64,000 nucleotides of DNA from Sporopachydermia quercuum (Eukaryota). The notes under the pieces were generated by a model. It was not told the DNA's origin. It did not search any database and saw nothing but the letters and a program-made list of their open reading frames with translations. This document shows, in pieces, positions 1-11,449 of this stretch (positions within the stretch are counted from its first letter, which is position 1; each line of letters begins with the position of its first letter). The DNA is taken from the NCBI GenBank assembly GCA_001599295.1, contig BCGN01000003.1, positions 1,736,001-1,800,000 of the forward strand, given 5' to 3'. Position numbers and translations under genes: made by a program.

Positions 1-249
1 GTTACCAAGAAATGGTGATAGGTTCTCAGAGTTGGAAAAGACCAGCGAGAAACCAAAAACGTACCATTGAATCATTATAATCGAAAACAAAAAAGGAGTT
101 AAAGCTTGCATAGATAAAGCGGATTTCCGTCTGGTTAGACCTGAATAAAATAAACCTGCTCCAACTGCCATCAACAGGATAAGGAATGAACACAAGATGA
201 TGAATGCTGTATTACCAGCGTTAAACTCGCTTTGGTCTGAAGCNGCCAT
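1..249 (-). CDS. Ammonium transporter (Amt/Mep family), 5' part; runs off the window
   Basis: Manual translation from ATG at 249: MAASDQSEFNAGNTAFIILCSFLILLMAVGAGLFYSGLTRRKSALSM...QWYVFGFSLVFS...FLGN. Matches the Mep N-terminal motifs GxxYSGLxRRKSALSM and QWxxxGxSLxFS. Not in the ORF track. Confidence 0.93.
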   Translation of the reverse strand, partial: MXASDQSEFNAGNTAFIILCSFLILLMAVGAGLFYSGLTRRKSALSMQALTPFLFSIIMIQWYVFGFSLVFSNSENLSPFLGN

Positions 250-761
250 TCTGTTAATGTGGCGGTGAAATTTATGAATTACTGAGATCTATTATTTATT
301 AGTTTCAATGCTGATTACTCGGTTCGTTAAGTTTATTTCAGTAAATCATATACCTTTTGATGTTAATGGTAATGTCTATTAACTCGCCTCATGTAGAATC
401 GTTTTACCTTGATTAATATACTCTTCTCATTATCCAATTACTACTTGGATTTCAAGATACAAGCCCAAAAACGCAGTCAAATCAAATATGCTAATAAACC
501 TGCAAAATTGTATGTTAAGATGACTGAAAAACGTTTTCCTGATGATAATAATAGCGCAGGGCCTGCAAATAGAAAAGCTTTGATGAAGCTGTTCCAAGTG
601 ATTTGTTTGTAAGGTAACTTTTTCATCCGTTTCCCCGTTTACATGTGAAGTTTGGGAATAGGGTTTGAAATGGGTTCATGAGCTGAGTGTAAATAGGGTT
701 AAGATTTTATTGTTAAGCATTAGGTTTGGTTCTTAGAGGATTGATCGATGCCGTAGTTAAA

Positions 762-978
762 GATAAGACTTAGAGATGAGGTGACAAGTGATGAGTGATG
801 TTTAGAGAGAGGAGAAAAAGAACACAATTAAGTCCTCCAATTATTAGTTTATAATCATAACTGTTTCTATGTCTACTGATTAATGAATATTGTATTACGT
901 TGTTTTTCAGCTCTTGCGTGGCTCTGCTTNGGTTTGCAAGTTAGGCTTAATAACGTTTGAGTCAATGCAAAACTTATC
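762..978. promoter_or_regulatory. Two GATAAG elements upstream of the MEP gene (possible nitrogen-catabolite-repression GATA sites)
   Basis: GATAAG at 762-767 and CTTATC at 973-978. Yeast MEP genes are Gln3/Gat1 targets, but the hexamer is common in AT-rich DNA. Confidence 0.3.
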
Positions 979-1816
979 TCAATCTTTATTTATTTCAGCG
1001 CTAAAACAAAGTATATTCATGCAGGTTTCAACGGTTTATTCTTGTTTTGTACTTATTTACTCAATACGGAAAGCAATACTTCTTAATGTGGAGATAGGAT
1101 CCAGTTTGGGGAGTCATCCTTTTTTCATTTCAGAATATATTCTGAGCTGAGCAGGTTTAAAGTTATTAATTCTACAAGTGTTAAACGATTCAATAAAATA
1201 TGAATCTGCAGATGATTCATTTCTCAGATCCAGGTTAATGATTTAGGTGAAACTTCCGATGAATGTCTGGTTGATCAACCATATACCTGTATCTTCATCA
1301 ATGAGGTTTTTCGTGCCAATGAAATAGTCAAACCATGAAACTCAAATAAGTGCTTGCACTCGGTTTTTTGTGCTTTTAGAATGTCTTACCTAATGTTGCA
1401 TAAAAGAAAAAACAAAACTACAATTGTTCACGGATTTGTAGTTTTATGAATTGAAATTCTTCATTAGTTGCAATCGTAAGTTCATTCGTAAATTCACCAT
1501 ACTCCCAGATCGAAATGCCATTGGAACCAACTAAATTTCTCCCTTGCAAAGTTAAAGTTGATAAAACGGTATATTTGCATAATCATGCAATATCTGCATT
1601 CTTAGCATGGTTATACATATAACCGCATGGTTGAATCTCAGCATAATAAATGAAAATTTTCATATCTTTATCCTGTTCATTCCAATCACTTTATCCAGTC
1701 AAACAGCATCAATCTATTATTTATTTACTGTCAAAATCCTGATTTTCCGCCCCCTTTGTTAAGCACATATATCTGATATGCGACGGGTGTAAGATTTTCC
1801 ACAATACCTACCCATC

Positions 1817-3358
1817 ATGACAAACGAAAGACCTGATACGATGAGTCGCAAGTTTGAAATACTGGTCCAATCAAGTAAATCATCTGCTCGACATGGATTA
1901 TTGAATTTGAAACCAAACAAAGAAACTGTTCCTTATTTGCAAAAGGTCTTTGACTATGAGGTCAATACAGAGAAAGTAGAAGACTCTCAGACGTTTGATT
2001 CATTCCTCAGCTCCAATTTCACATTACCAACTCCTGCCCTGGTATCCACTACTTCAAGAGGAGTGGTACCTCATCTAACGCTGGACAACCTCGAAAAACA
2101 TGTTAACAATTCCGCGTATTATATTGGATTAGAAGACTTTTTGGAGAAAGCTCCTAATGATGTACCACTTGTGTCGTATCCTGGTTTGGTAAGAGAACTA
2201 CTTCCTTTGGAGGCTCAACGACCAATCATAATTGCTCCAAGAAGATCAACACCAGTTCCCATTTCATTCAATGACAGCAAAACTACCAAATCTTCAAATA
2301 CGAACTCTTCTATTTTGATAATGACATGTGAAGGTTTCCGTCATGTTTCTATTGCTCATTATTTATCGCTGGCTGAAAAATTCACACCGGAAATCATGCA
2401 TATCCCTGCTGATCTTCCAAGTCTACAATCAAATAAGAGACCTGATACTAAACCAGGTGGGAACAGAGTAAAGAAAATGCTTACTAGAAATCTTTCATGG
2501 TTTGATCAAACTGTTAAAACTATTACTGAAAGAAAAGATCACTCATTACAGGGTGCTTTATTAGCTGCTAGTATATTGCCTGGTGTGCCAATCTCGAAAT
2601 ATGGGCAGTTGGAGTTACTACAGAAGTACGCGGAGTTAACAGATTTGCATGAAGTTGGGTTAGTATTCTGGGATTTGAATGCTTCTTGGGCCCATTTAGA
2701 GCAGTCTTTGAAATCACCGGCTAATAACGAGCCATTGGACCCAGAGCTTGATATCCAGAAAAAATCTGGTGTTGACATCAGTGAAAAGCTGTCAGGTCTA
2801 GTGAGATTTCTAGGACCAGCTTGTGAGACACCTCAAGAACTACTAGCATGCATTAAATCAGGACACGATATATTTTCTAACGATCTGGTTAACAATTTCA
2901 GTAACAAAGGACTTGCCTTGAACGTAGAGTTTCCTGTTAAGAGCACTGAAAAACGCCTTTTGGCAATTGACCTTTGGGATAACAGTTTCAAGACAGCTAT
3001 GACACCATTGAACGACATAGGAACAACGCTATTGAATCATGACAATGAACGATATAACTACACAAGAGCATATGTGCATCATTTATTAGATGCCAGTGAA
3101 ATGACATCATGGGTTATTCTTTATATGCTCAATACTAGAGTTATGGAAGATTTCATGAAAGGAGTTCGTGAGAGTGTCAAAGCTGGTAATTTTGAGTCTG
3201 ATGTTGAGAACTTCATTACGGTTTATGGAACTCATGAGGAAGCTTTGGATTTCTCATTTTCAAAGACTAGAAAAGGTGTGAAAAGCAAAGGATATCAAAA
3301 TGGATATGATAAGTTAGATCAAATACGAAGCGGACCCACACCTGCAATTGAAGGGTGA
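1817..3358 (+). CDS. QTRT2: Queuine tRNA-ribosyltransferase accessory subunit (TGT family, QTRT2/Qtr2-like)
   Basis: N-terminal SARHGLL...TPA...TTSRGVVPHLT and C-terminal YTRAYVHHLL..SEM motifs of the TGT fold. The catalytic-subunit DSGGFQ motif is absent. Confidence 0.8.
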   Translation: MTNERPDTMSRKFEILVQSSKSSARHGLLNLKPNKETVPYLQKVFDYEVNTEKVEDSQTFDSFLSSNFTLPTPALVSTTSRGVVPHLTLDNLEKHVNNSAYYIGLEDFLEKAPNDVPLVSYPGLVRELLPLEAQRPIIIAPRRSTPVPISFNDSKTTKSSNTNSSILIMTCEGFRHVSIAHYLSLAEKFTPEIMHIPADLPSLQSNKRPDTKPGGNRVKKMLTRNLSWFDQTVKTITERKDHSLQGALLAASILPGVPISKYGQLELLQKYAELTDLHEVGLVFWDLNASWAHLEQSLKSPANNEPLDPELDIQKKSGVDISEKLSGLVRFLGPACETPQELLACIKSGHDIFSNDLVNNFSNKGLALNVEFPVKSTEKRLLAIDLWDNSFKTAMTPLNDIGTTLLNHDNERYNYTRAYVHHLLDASEMTSWVILYMLNTRVMEDFMKGVRESVKAGNFESDVENFITVYGTHEEALDFSFSKTRKGVKSKGYQNGYDKLDQIRSGPTPAIEG

Positions 3359-3984
3359 GTGCCAGAGGCATTACGAACAGTGATATGGTCACAGTATCAT
3401 TCTCAACGCTATTATATGCTTGTATAGATGAAAATTTGTAGAATAAGAAAATTAGACTATAATTAAATTATCATTCAATCACCCGTTGTAAACAATAGAA
3501 GAAAAAAGAGGAATATTCTGGAGATTATATAAAAATATTTCGGATAATATTATATTCCCATTGTTTCCGGTATCTCTGTTTCTTGCTTTGCAAATCAAAT
3601 TTACCCGGCCATACAGAATATATAATATATTCAAACATCACGTGATTTATGACACTTCTTCCCCCTCGTTTGTGCCTTCCGGTCATTGGAATGTTAGCCA
3701 ACCAAACAAAACTACCTTCTTTTTGCTTGTACTTATCATCAGATATCTATTACATCCAATCATATATATAATTGATTGTTTTGCTTGATAAATTGTTCAT
3801 TTGATTGCATACATTACTATAATACGTAAATCTTATCGACGGTATTTGATCAGATTTCCAGTGGGAGAAAATAGTTGCACTCTGAATCTTAAGGGCATTA
3901 TTGTAGGTAGTGTATTCACGGCACCGAAGAAAAGAATATATCGTACGGGCACGATATAATAATAATACATACAAATTCGACAAA

Positions 3985-4485
3985 ATGACTATGCTAAAAC
4001 TTGTATCCTTGGATGGAGAGTCTTTCATGGTGGACTCAAAAGTTGCTACAAAATCAGTATTGGTGAAGAACTTGTTGGGAGATCTAGGAGATGACAATGT
4101 GCAAGAGATTCCATTGCCGATGGTTAGATCAAATATTCTCAAGAAAGTATTAGAATGGTGTGAGCATCATAAAGATGATGTTGTTCCCAATGAGGATGAG
4201 TCAGAATCGCCATCAGTGGCTGATCAAAAGAAGAAGAACACAAGAATTGATGAATGGGATCAAAAGTTCTTACAAGTTGACCAGGAAATGCTCTTTGAGA
4301 TCATCCTGGCGGCTAATTATATGGATATCTCAGTATTACTAGAGGTTGGATGTAAAACTGTTGCAGGAATGATCAGAGGTAAATCGCCTGAAGAAATCAG
4401 AAAGGTGTTTAACATAATGAACGACTTTACCCCTGAAGAAGAATTACAAATCAGAAGAGAAAACGAATGGGCAGAAGATCGATAA
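3985..4485 (+). CDS. SKP1: SCF/CBF3 subunit Skp1
   Basis: [43 protein letters not shown] and [21 protein letters not shown]. Start set to ATG 3985 (AAAATG context). Confidence 0.98.
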   Translation: MTMLKLVSLDGESFMVDSKVATKSVLVKNLLGDLGDDNVQEIPLPMVRSNILKKVLEWCEHHKDDVVPNEDESESPSVADQKKKNTRIDEWDQKFLQVDQEMLFEIILAANYMDISVLLEVGCKTVAGMIRGKSPEEIRKVFNIMNDFTPEEELQIRRENEWAEDR

Positions 4486-5704
4486 ATTGGTTTATTTGAT
4501 GAATGAGATGGCAATGGTGACGTACAAAGCAAAAATGATGTTAAGTATTATAATGAGTTTTCCCTTATTTTTGTAAAAGGTATTGATTGGATCAGAGAAG
4601 TTCATTTCGTTTGATTTGATTCCGCTTTGGTTTTCTTTTTCTAGCTATGGCTTCAATGTATATGTAAGATAATGAAATTGATTGTATAATTGCTTGTGAA
4701 ACTATCATATTGATGTTGGCGTTTGAAGTTGACAGATCGATCTATTCGAAGAGTATCAAGAACAAGTTGGTGTTTCAGTGGTAGTGAAACGAACTGGCCA
4801 CTATCTGATGAATCCTACTGGTATCAACATTGTTCTGATACTGTTATTAAACAAACTGATTCAAGTATATCGTTATCTTATCCAAAAACTGTCTATATGG
4901 GATCCTAGCCAATTATTAACAGTAATGTTAAAAGGAGAGCGGAATGACGATAATCGTTTATGGTTATAGTGTTATGTACATTGTGCATATCTTGCATATT
5001 TACATGGTTATGCAGACTGTTTTTTGTCTGATTGACAAATATTTCCTATCTTCAGTACTGAAATCCAGAAAATACAGATGAAAGTGCATACAACTTTGTT
5101 ATTTCACTATTTTACTCTCTGGTTATCTACTTATTGTCATGTTACTCACTACTCATTAGTAAGTTGTTTATGCCCTCTCATTACTTTCCACTCTCCTGCG
5201 ATTCAATGCAATGTCATGCATAATTTTTCATCAACCAATGAAACTCTAAAGCACTTGCATTACGTACACTCTTTACCTACTTCTGGCTCTTTCCTCACAA
5301 TCTCCACTTCCAACCATTACATCATTGTGTACATTTTCCTCTTGCGTAACGCCGACATAAACATGCATCGAATTGCAAACCATTCATCTCTCTCTCACCT
5401 GCAAAACACCTCGATATATGCTGCAAACAAGGAAACAGAAAATCAGTATACGTATCTATCTATATACATGAACTTCCACTACTAATACCTCATAAAAGGT
5501 TCGTTATACATCAAAATATCCAAAAATTACGTAAAAGCTACAACCTTATTCAAATCAGCCATATCCAATACTTGTCCTTCACCACAACTACCTCCCAACT
5601 CTTCCTAATTACTCCTCACTCTCATGCACCTCCCATTGCGTATGCATTCTCTCATTACAGGTTTTTCAACCTTATCCCCGCTGGTGAGCAGCAATATATC
5701 ACAT

Positions 5705-5763
5705 TTCATTCCCCATACAAATCCTAGTTGTTCATTCCCCATACAAATCCTAGTTGTTCATTC
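5705..5763. repeat. 26-bp tandem duplication (about 2.3 copies)
   Basis: TTCATTCCCCATACAAATCCTAGTTG at 5705-5730 and 5731-5756, then TTCATTC. Confidence 0.9.
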
Positions 5764-5961
5764 TCCAGAAATGCCGTGATAGAGTGTCAAGAAGCAAAGG
5801 AAATAGCTCGTTCTTTAAGCATATCCAGCATTTAAACCCCTCAATTAACCCGGAATTCGTGCAGTGAGTCTTGGGATTTGCATCAATACGTGATTAGTAA
5901 GAATGCTATACTGATGAGCTAATAGCTTTTCTTGCACTATTGAACAAGCCTGCTGTGTACT

Positions 5962-8900
5962 ATGTCAGCAGTTACAAGTGTATCATTCCGTCATCTGGAT
6001 GATAAAGAGGACAATAAAAGCACATCGTCAGTAAATGAAGGCGGTTTCCTTGGAACGATCGAACATCTATTCAAATCTCCCATCTACAAACTAACATCCA
6101 ACCCATCTAAACGATCAAGCATTGCATCTTTCCCTGAACTAAATGAATCCAAGTCCAAATTCTCCAGAAACCTGAAATCTCTATCTTCAAAGATAAGAAG
6201 ACAATCTTCGTCTTCTGGTAATTTTCCTAATATTCAAGAGCCCAATAATTCTGTTGATTATGGTGATTCTGCATCAAGTACAACCAATCGGTTGAACCCT
6301 GTGTATTCCCAGTCTTCTGATGTCAGTGATGTGTCGCGAGTCAACGAAGTGCAGTTCCAACCTACCAGAGTATCAAGTGGGACCAAACGACCTAATCCAA
6401 TGGATACAATAGGTAAAGGAGAGCTTTCTCTGGCCTCGCTTGGTCTTGGTTTGGTGTCAGGAGGTGATGGGGAGCCAAACAATGATTCCTTTGACCAGTT
6501 GAGACTCAACGGGGAGTCCCTGGCTAGCAGTAAACGCAACAGCAGAATACTGGCGGATTCTGCTAGCAGCAAGCGACCCAGTATGAGAACATCGCAGCAG
6601 TTTGATTCCCCTGTAAATGGCATGTCTTCGCCCCTTCTCAATGGCGCTACATCTCCTCGTCCGGTAGGCAACATCTCTAGTAATACATCAACTAACGAAC
6701 ATCGTCGTCATCTACCAAACGATCCTCTAACGGGAACTGGTTCTTCAGAGAAATATATTGCAGAAATCGACAATAGATTAAAAGCTGATCCTATTCCAGG
6801 AGCCATAACTCCGGCTATCGTGCACGACATTGATGCCGACCTGTTAGCCATTACGCCTACGGGCTCTACTCCTGCTGCGGGGGGCCTTTCCCTGAGCCCC
6901 AGGATTTCTAATAATCAAATAGGCTCATATTTGGACCAGCATCGTAATGAGCATGCACTAAGAAACACTACTTCTCCTTTATCGAACATAAAATCGCTTC
7001 CTGTGGAATCCGAAATATCTGCTACGTCTCCTAGTTTAGAGCAAACCTCGCAAAATGTACCTTCTGATAGTACGCTGACGGTCCCAAAAGTATCGAAACG
7101 GCAGCGATCGAAATCCATGCAGACTATTCGCGACGGTTTAGGCAGTAAAGAGCTACCAGTGACTTCTGTCACCTCGCCTATTGCTAGACTTAAAGAGCTT
7201 TCTGCGCCGGCCTTACAGGATTCCGAAGTGGGTGGAAGTCTGAATGGAACCCCAGCTGCTGGCGAAATCTCCAGTGTGATGAAAGTACCATTTGCTAGTG
7301 AAAAGAAGAACTCCGAGTTCAGATCGCTGTTTAAAACAATTCCTAGCAATGAAAAGCTTCTGGGTGACTATTCATGTGCTCTTAGTAAGGATATCTTACT
7401 ACAAGGCAGAATGTATGTTTCTGATCATCATATATGCTTCTATTCCAACATTATGGGCTATTTAACAAATATAATAATCCCGTTTGAAGAGATCATTCGT
7501 TTGGAGAAGAAAAGCACAGCTGTTTTGTTCCCCAACGGCATGGTAATCAAAACCCTGCATGAGAAATATGTGTTTGCTAGTTTTATGCAGAGAGACACTG
7601 CTTTTGATCTTATATTTCAGCTATGGAAGGCTGTGGTAGAAGGAGACGGGAAAAGGAAAAGAACCCTGTCGATGCTGACTCACCGAACAAATAGAACTAC
7701 CAATTCTATGCGAACTAAACTCCACAAAACGCTGTATCGTATAAAAGATGGACATAATTGTAAATACAAGACCAGTGCTACTGAAGGATACATAAAAGGA
7801 GATGGCATTGAATTTGTCGGGGAGTCTTCTGATGAGGATGGTGAATCTCGTAGTTATGGAGAAGAACGGGACGATGATTCGTATGAGGATTCATTTGATG
7901 AGAATACTGAACTCTCTGGGTCATATTTGGACTCTACCGATGAGGAAGAGATGACTGATGATTCAGGCGAGATCTCTGCTCCAGGAGAAGCTTCTAGAGG
8001 TAGAAATGGTAGTGGCAATGGCAATGAAGGTGGAAGTAATGGTGGGGGCTCTGGAGGCTCCCGTAATGGTTCTGGAAATGGAAATGGTACCGGTAATGGA
8101 ACGGCCAGTGGTTCTGCTGGCACGGGCACAGGCAACTCTGGTGCTCACGGAAATGCTGGCCCGGAAAATGGTAATAACCAGGGTTCGGACGTGGATCTGT
8201 TCAACGGATATAAAAACCTGGGCCCCATGACCCACGGACCTACCACTGCTGGGCCAGAAGGCGGCACGGCCAACGAAAAACCTGTGCTAGATGTAACTTT
8301 CCCTTTGCCCCCAGGAGTAGTGTTTTCTCTGCTGTGGGGAGAAAAACAAGACTTTCTCTTGAAGACTTTTGAGCGAGACAAACTATTTGACATTTCTCCT
8401 ATTCCACAGTTCGCTGATGATCCTCCTTCAAGAAAGTTTTCATATACACGGCCCTTGGGAGGTCCTGTTGGTCCCAAGCAAACAAAATGCATTATCACGG
8501 AAACTATAGAACAAAAGGATTTCGATACGTACTGCAAAGTTGTACGTGTGACGCAGACGCCCGATGTACCATCCGGAGGATCTTTCATGGTTAGATCTTT
8601 TTTCTACTTAGGCTGGGGATCTCACAATGATACCCATCTAGTGATGACATGGAGCATTGAATGGACAGGAAGGTCATTTATCAAAGGTCCTATTGAAAAA
8701 GGATCAGGAGATGGTCAAAATGAGTCTGGCAAACAACTGATAGAGCTTATAAATGAAGAGATCAAGCAGATGAAGTATTCTGGTGGTGGTGATATGAAGA
8801 AGACAGGTGAGGGTATCAGAAGCAAGAAGAAGAGTAAGAAACCACGGAAGAAGACCGTGGGTGAGGTTGAGACTGGAGCAGAGAAAAAGAAGTCTGAAGT

Positions 8901-9549
8901 TGAGCCTGGTTGGATCATGAACACGCTGCAATTCATGCTGCCACCTCCTTTATATCGTATGATTGAACTATACGTAGAAGGAACCCAAACCAAGAACGCT
9001 TTTCTCAGTTTGATATCCTTGTTGTTGCCAACCTTGCTGTTGTTTTCCTTGATATTCCTGTTATTCAGGTTTTTCTCGGAAGAACGTGCGTTGCATTCTG
9101 CTTTGAAAGAATACCCATATTTTGGTGGACGCGGGCCCAATTTGGGCGATTTTGGATTTGATAGTTCATGGAATGAAATGGTGCGAAACGATTTCAATAA
9201 AGGTGAAAACTGGAAGCAAAATATCGGCGAGAAAGGTGATAGAAGCAAACAAAGATTACCGTATTATCTTGGATACCAAGCGTCTGATATTATGTCGCCT
9301 GAGCATTTGAAAGATTTACAGTATGAGGAAGAAATACGGTTATGGGACTGGATCAATAATAGGATAGATTCTAAGCAGGAAAGGGAAGAAGGAAAAGGAA
9401 GACGACGGGAGAACAGAAAGGAGAATGGATATAGCAATGGTATGAAAGCTAAGAAGTTTATTGAGCAGCTTCCAGATGATGAGAAGAAGGAAATGATAGG
9501 ATTGCTGGAATCTCGTGTGCAAGAGTTAAAAAATCAGTTGCAAGAGTAA
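5962..9549 (+). CDS. LAM/Ltc-family membrane-anchored sterol transfer protein (GRAM + one VASt/StART-like domain + TM helix)
   Basis: GRAM motif DYSCALSKDILLQGRMYVSDHHICFYSNIMG; VASt motifs GPKQTKC, TQTPDVPSGGSF and WTGRSFIKGPIEK; hydrophobic segment LSLISLLLPTLLLFSLIFLLF. Confidence 0.92.
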   Translation: MSAVTSVSFRHLDDKEDNKSTSSVNEGGFLGTIEHLFKSPIYKLTSNPSKRSSIASFPELNESKSKFSRNLKSLSSKIRRQSSSSGNFPNIQEPNNSVDYGDSASSTTNRLNPVYSQSSDVSDVSRVNEVQFQPTRVSSGTKRPNPMDTIGKGELSLASLGLGLVSGGDGEPNNDSFDQLRLNGESLASSKRNSRILADSASSKRPSMRTSQQFDSPVNGMSSPLLNGATSPRPVGNISSNTSTNEHRRHLPNDPLTGTGSSEKYIAEIDNRLKADPIPGAITPAIVHDIDADLLAITPTGSTPAAGGLSLSPRISNNQIGSYLDQHRNEHALRNTTSPLSNIKSLPVESEISATSPSLEQTSQNVPSDSTLTVPKVSKRQRSKSMQTIRDGLGSKELPVTSVTSPIARLKELSAPALQDSEVGGSLNGTPAAGEISSVMKVPFASEKKNSEFRSLFKTIPSNEKLLGDYSCALSKDILLQGRMYVSDHHICFYSNIMGYLTNIIIPFEEIIRLEKKSTAVLFPNGMVIKTLHEKYVFASFMQRDTAFDLIFQLWKAVVEGDGKRKRTLSMLTHRTNRTTNSMRTKLHKTLYRIKDGHNCKYKTSATEGYIKGDGIEFVGESSDEDGESRSYGEERDDDSYEDSFDENTELSGSYLDSTDEEEMTDDSGEISAPGEASRGRNGSGNGNEGGSNGGGSGGSRNGSGNGNGTGNGTASGSAGTGTGNSGAHGNAGPENGNNQGSDVDLFNGYKNLGPMTHGPTTAGPEGGTANEKPVLDVTFPLPPGVVFSLLWGEKQDFLLKTFERDKLFDISPIPQFADDPPSRKFSYTRPLGGPVGPKQTKCIITETIEQKDFDTYCKVVRVTQTPDVPSGGSFMVRSFFYLGWGSHNDTHLVMTWSIEWTGRSFIKGPIEKGSGDGQNESGKQLIELINEEIKQMKYSGGGDMKKTGEGIRSKKKSKKPRKKTVGEVETGAEKKKSEVEPGWIMNTLQFMLPPPLYRMIELYVEGTQTKNAFLSLISLLLPTLLLFSLIFLLFRFFSEERALHSALKEYPYFGGRGPNLGDFGFDSSWNEMVRNDFNKGENWKQNIGEKGDRSKQRLPYYLGYQASDIMSPEHLKDLQYEEEIRLWDWINNRIDSKQEREEGKGRRRENRKENGYSNGMKAKKFIEQLPDDEKKEMIGLLESRVQELKNQLQE

Positions 9550-10113
9550 GTTGGAGAAGGAAATGGTTGGAAAACAGCAATATTTGTTAGAACCTCTTGT
9601 AGCGCGTGGTGGAACTGTTGAAAGGGTATTAGTAATGAAAACTGTATAGGTGTGATATTTAATATAGTGGAGGAAAAAGGAGTTGATAGGAGTTGAAATA
9701 CGTAGGTAATTGCCGGGTGGAAAGTATACAAATAACATCGATTAAGCAGCTAGAAAGCAATTACATTGATAAAAGCACTGATGAATCACATCAAGGGAGT
9801 TGTTTTTGTTGAATAGCACACAATTACGTTTTCATTGTTTGCGGCTGTAGTTTATATTTTCGTGTTTGTACTCTTGTTTCACGTGACTTGTANATTTCAC
9901 TTTTTTCGCGTCGTATGCAATCGAAATTCACCGTCTCAATTGCTTCTCAAGTTTCTTATGATCTTCTGTAGTGACTAAACAGTGGGATTCTCGACGGGCA
10001 GTTAATGTATTTAATGGATTATTATTTAAGGGTTCACGTCAATAGTCATACTAATGATAGGTGTGATGTATCTTGTGATATTAGGCTTAGGACAATTAAG
10101 AATAGTGAAAATA

Positions 10114-10634
10114 ATGTATAGAAGAAGGTCAAATAAAGTAGAAACAAAGGTGAGAATGTCCGTTTGAAATAAGTAGAAATTATATGCTGACAATGTAAAT
10201 CAAACCGTGATATTAACATGGGTCCAGGAGTCACTGGAGAGGAAGGTCTTGGAAGGGAAACAAGCATTGATTGAACTGGAGAGAGAGTACGAGCAGCTTG
10301 AGAATGAATTGACGTGAGTGTATTATTTTATTATTATTATCTATTCTTGTCTTTTTGAATAAAATACAAGATACTTATCAGCTAGCACATATGTTATTTC
10401 TACATCTATTACTACTATTAATTCACCTGTACTAACATTGATCTGATGAATGACTCAAGTGAACTGACAGAAAGAACTCCTGAAGAGATAGTGAAAACAC
10501 ACATAAACATCCTGAAAGAGTATAATGAGGTGAGAGATGCTGGATTGAAAGTGATGGAAATAATAGCTAATCAAAAGTCAGTTCCAATATCTGAAGTATA
10601 TAAGGAGTTTGATATACATGATGACGAGAGATGA
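10114..10634 (+). CDS. SAE3: Swi5/Sae3-family recombination mediator; 3 exons (10114-10149, 10228-10313, 10460-10634)
   Basis: Swi5 domain IVKTHINILKEYNEVRDAGLKVMEIIANQKSVPISEVYKEF. Introns GTGAGA..TATTAAC..CAG and GTGAGT..TACTAAC..AAG join in frame (MYRRRSNKVETK-ESLERKV...ENELT-ELTERTP). Exon 1 is the least certain part. Confidence 0.85.
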
Positions 10635-11449
10635 GGGTAGTTCTACTACGAGGAAAGGAGAAGAATCTTAATGGCAGGAGAATCAGCGAAACGCATCTCA
10701 TTGATTGCAAATAACAGAAAAATGGGAATAAGTTGTATTCAGCGATGTTCAATTGGTTGCTCGTTAACTCAGTTAGTGAAAAGACTCGTCTCCACACTGT
10801 TGTAGTAACCAAGGGAGATTTTCATGAAAGAGAAGAGCCCAAACCCCTGTTTGACGATAATTTTACTGCTTAAAATACATCATGCTTAGGGGCCAAATTA
10901 CTATATTTTTTTATATACTCATGATCTTTATCCTGCAATAATGATCCCTTGACACTTATCACAGCATCATCTCTCCGGCTAACTATAGGGACAATAAGGC
11001 ATATTTACTTTCCAGTCAGAGCAACTAAAACAACGCAAAGAGTTGGCCTATTAAATCAACGCGTGTTTTTATATTTTAATCCTTTTAATTCTGTTATTCT
11101 GAATTCATTACAAGTTTCATTAAATTGCAGTAATAATCAACCGTTTAATGGACTCTGCCGGTTCTTTACCACTTTTATCATTTCCGCTTTCTGTATAACA
11201 ACTTCCGGAATAAATAATATACCATAAACCCCCCTTCCCTTCTGGTAACTTATTTATTTCCTGTCGGACTTCTCCTATCAACAGATGATATTCACAGCAT
11301 TAACCATGTGATGATTGCATTATAAATGTATTATTATTTAACGGTATAGTTGCTAGAAATTCAGCATCAGACAGATTCGGCAGACAGGAGAATTTGTATT
11401 GTGACTGCGGTTTCAATTCCATCGGCTCAAACCAATCATAACCATCACA

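Noticed and set aside
5078..5485. 135-aa His/Ser/Leu-rich ORF upstream of the LAM gene
   Set aside because: Its composition reflects pyrimidine-rich promoter DNA; no recognisable motifs.
5864..5948. Possible 5' UTR intron of the LAM gene (GTGAGT..GCTAAT..AG)
   Set aside because: Weak branch and ambiguous acceptor; not supportable without reads.
6258..9522. Many antisense and alternate-frame ORFs over the LAM gene (likewise over PGM, YKU80, the Sel1 gene, ARC1 and GPI7)
   Set aside because: Shadow ORFs of real coding sequence with no domain signal.
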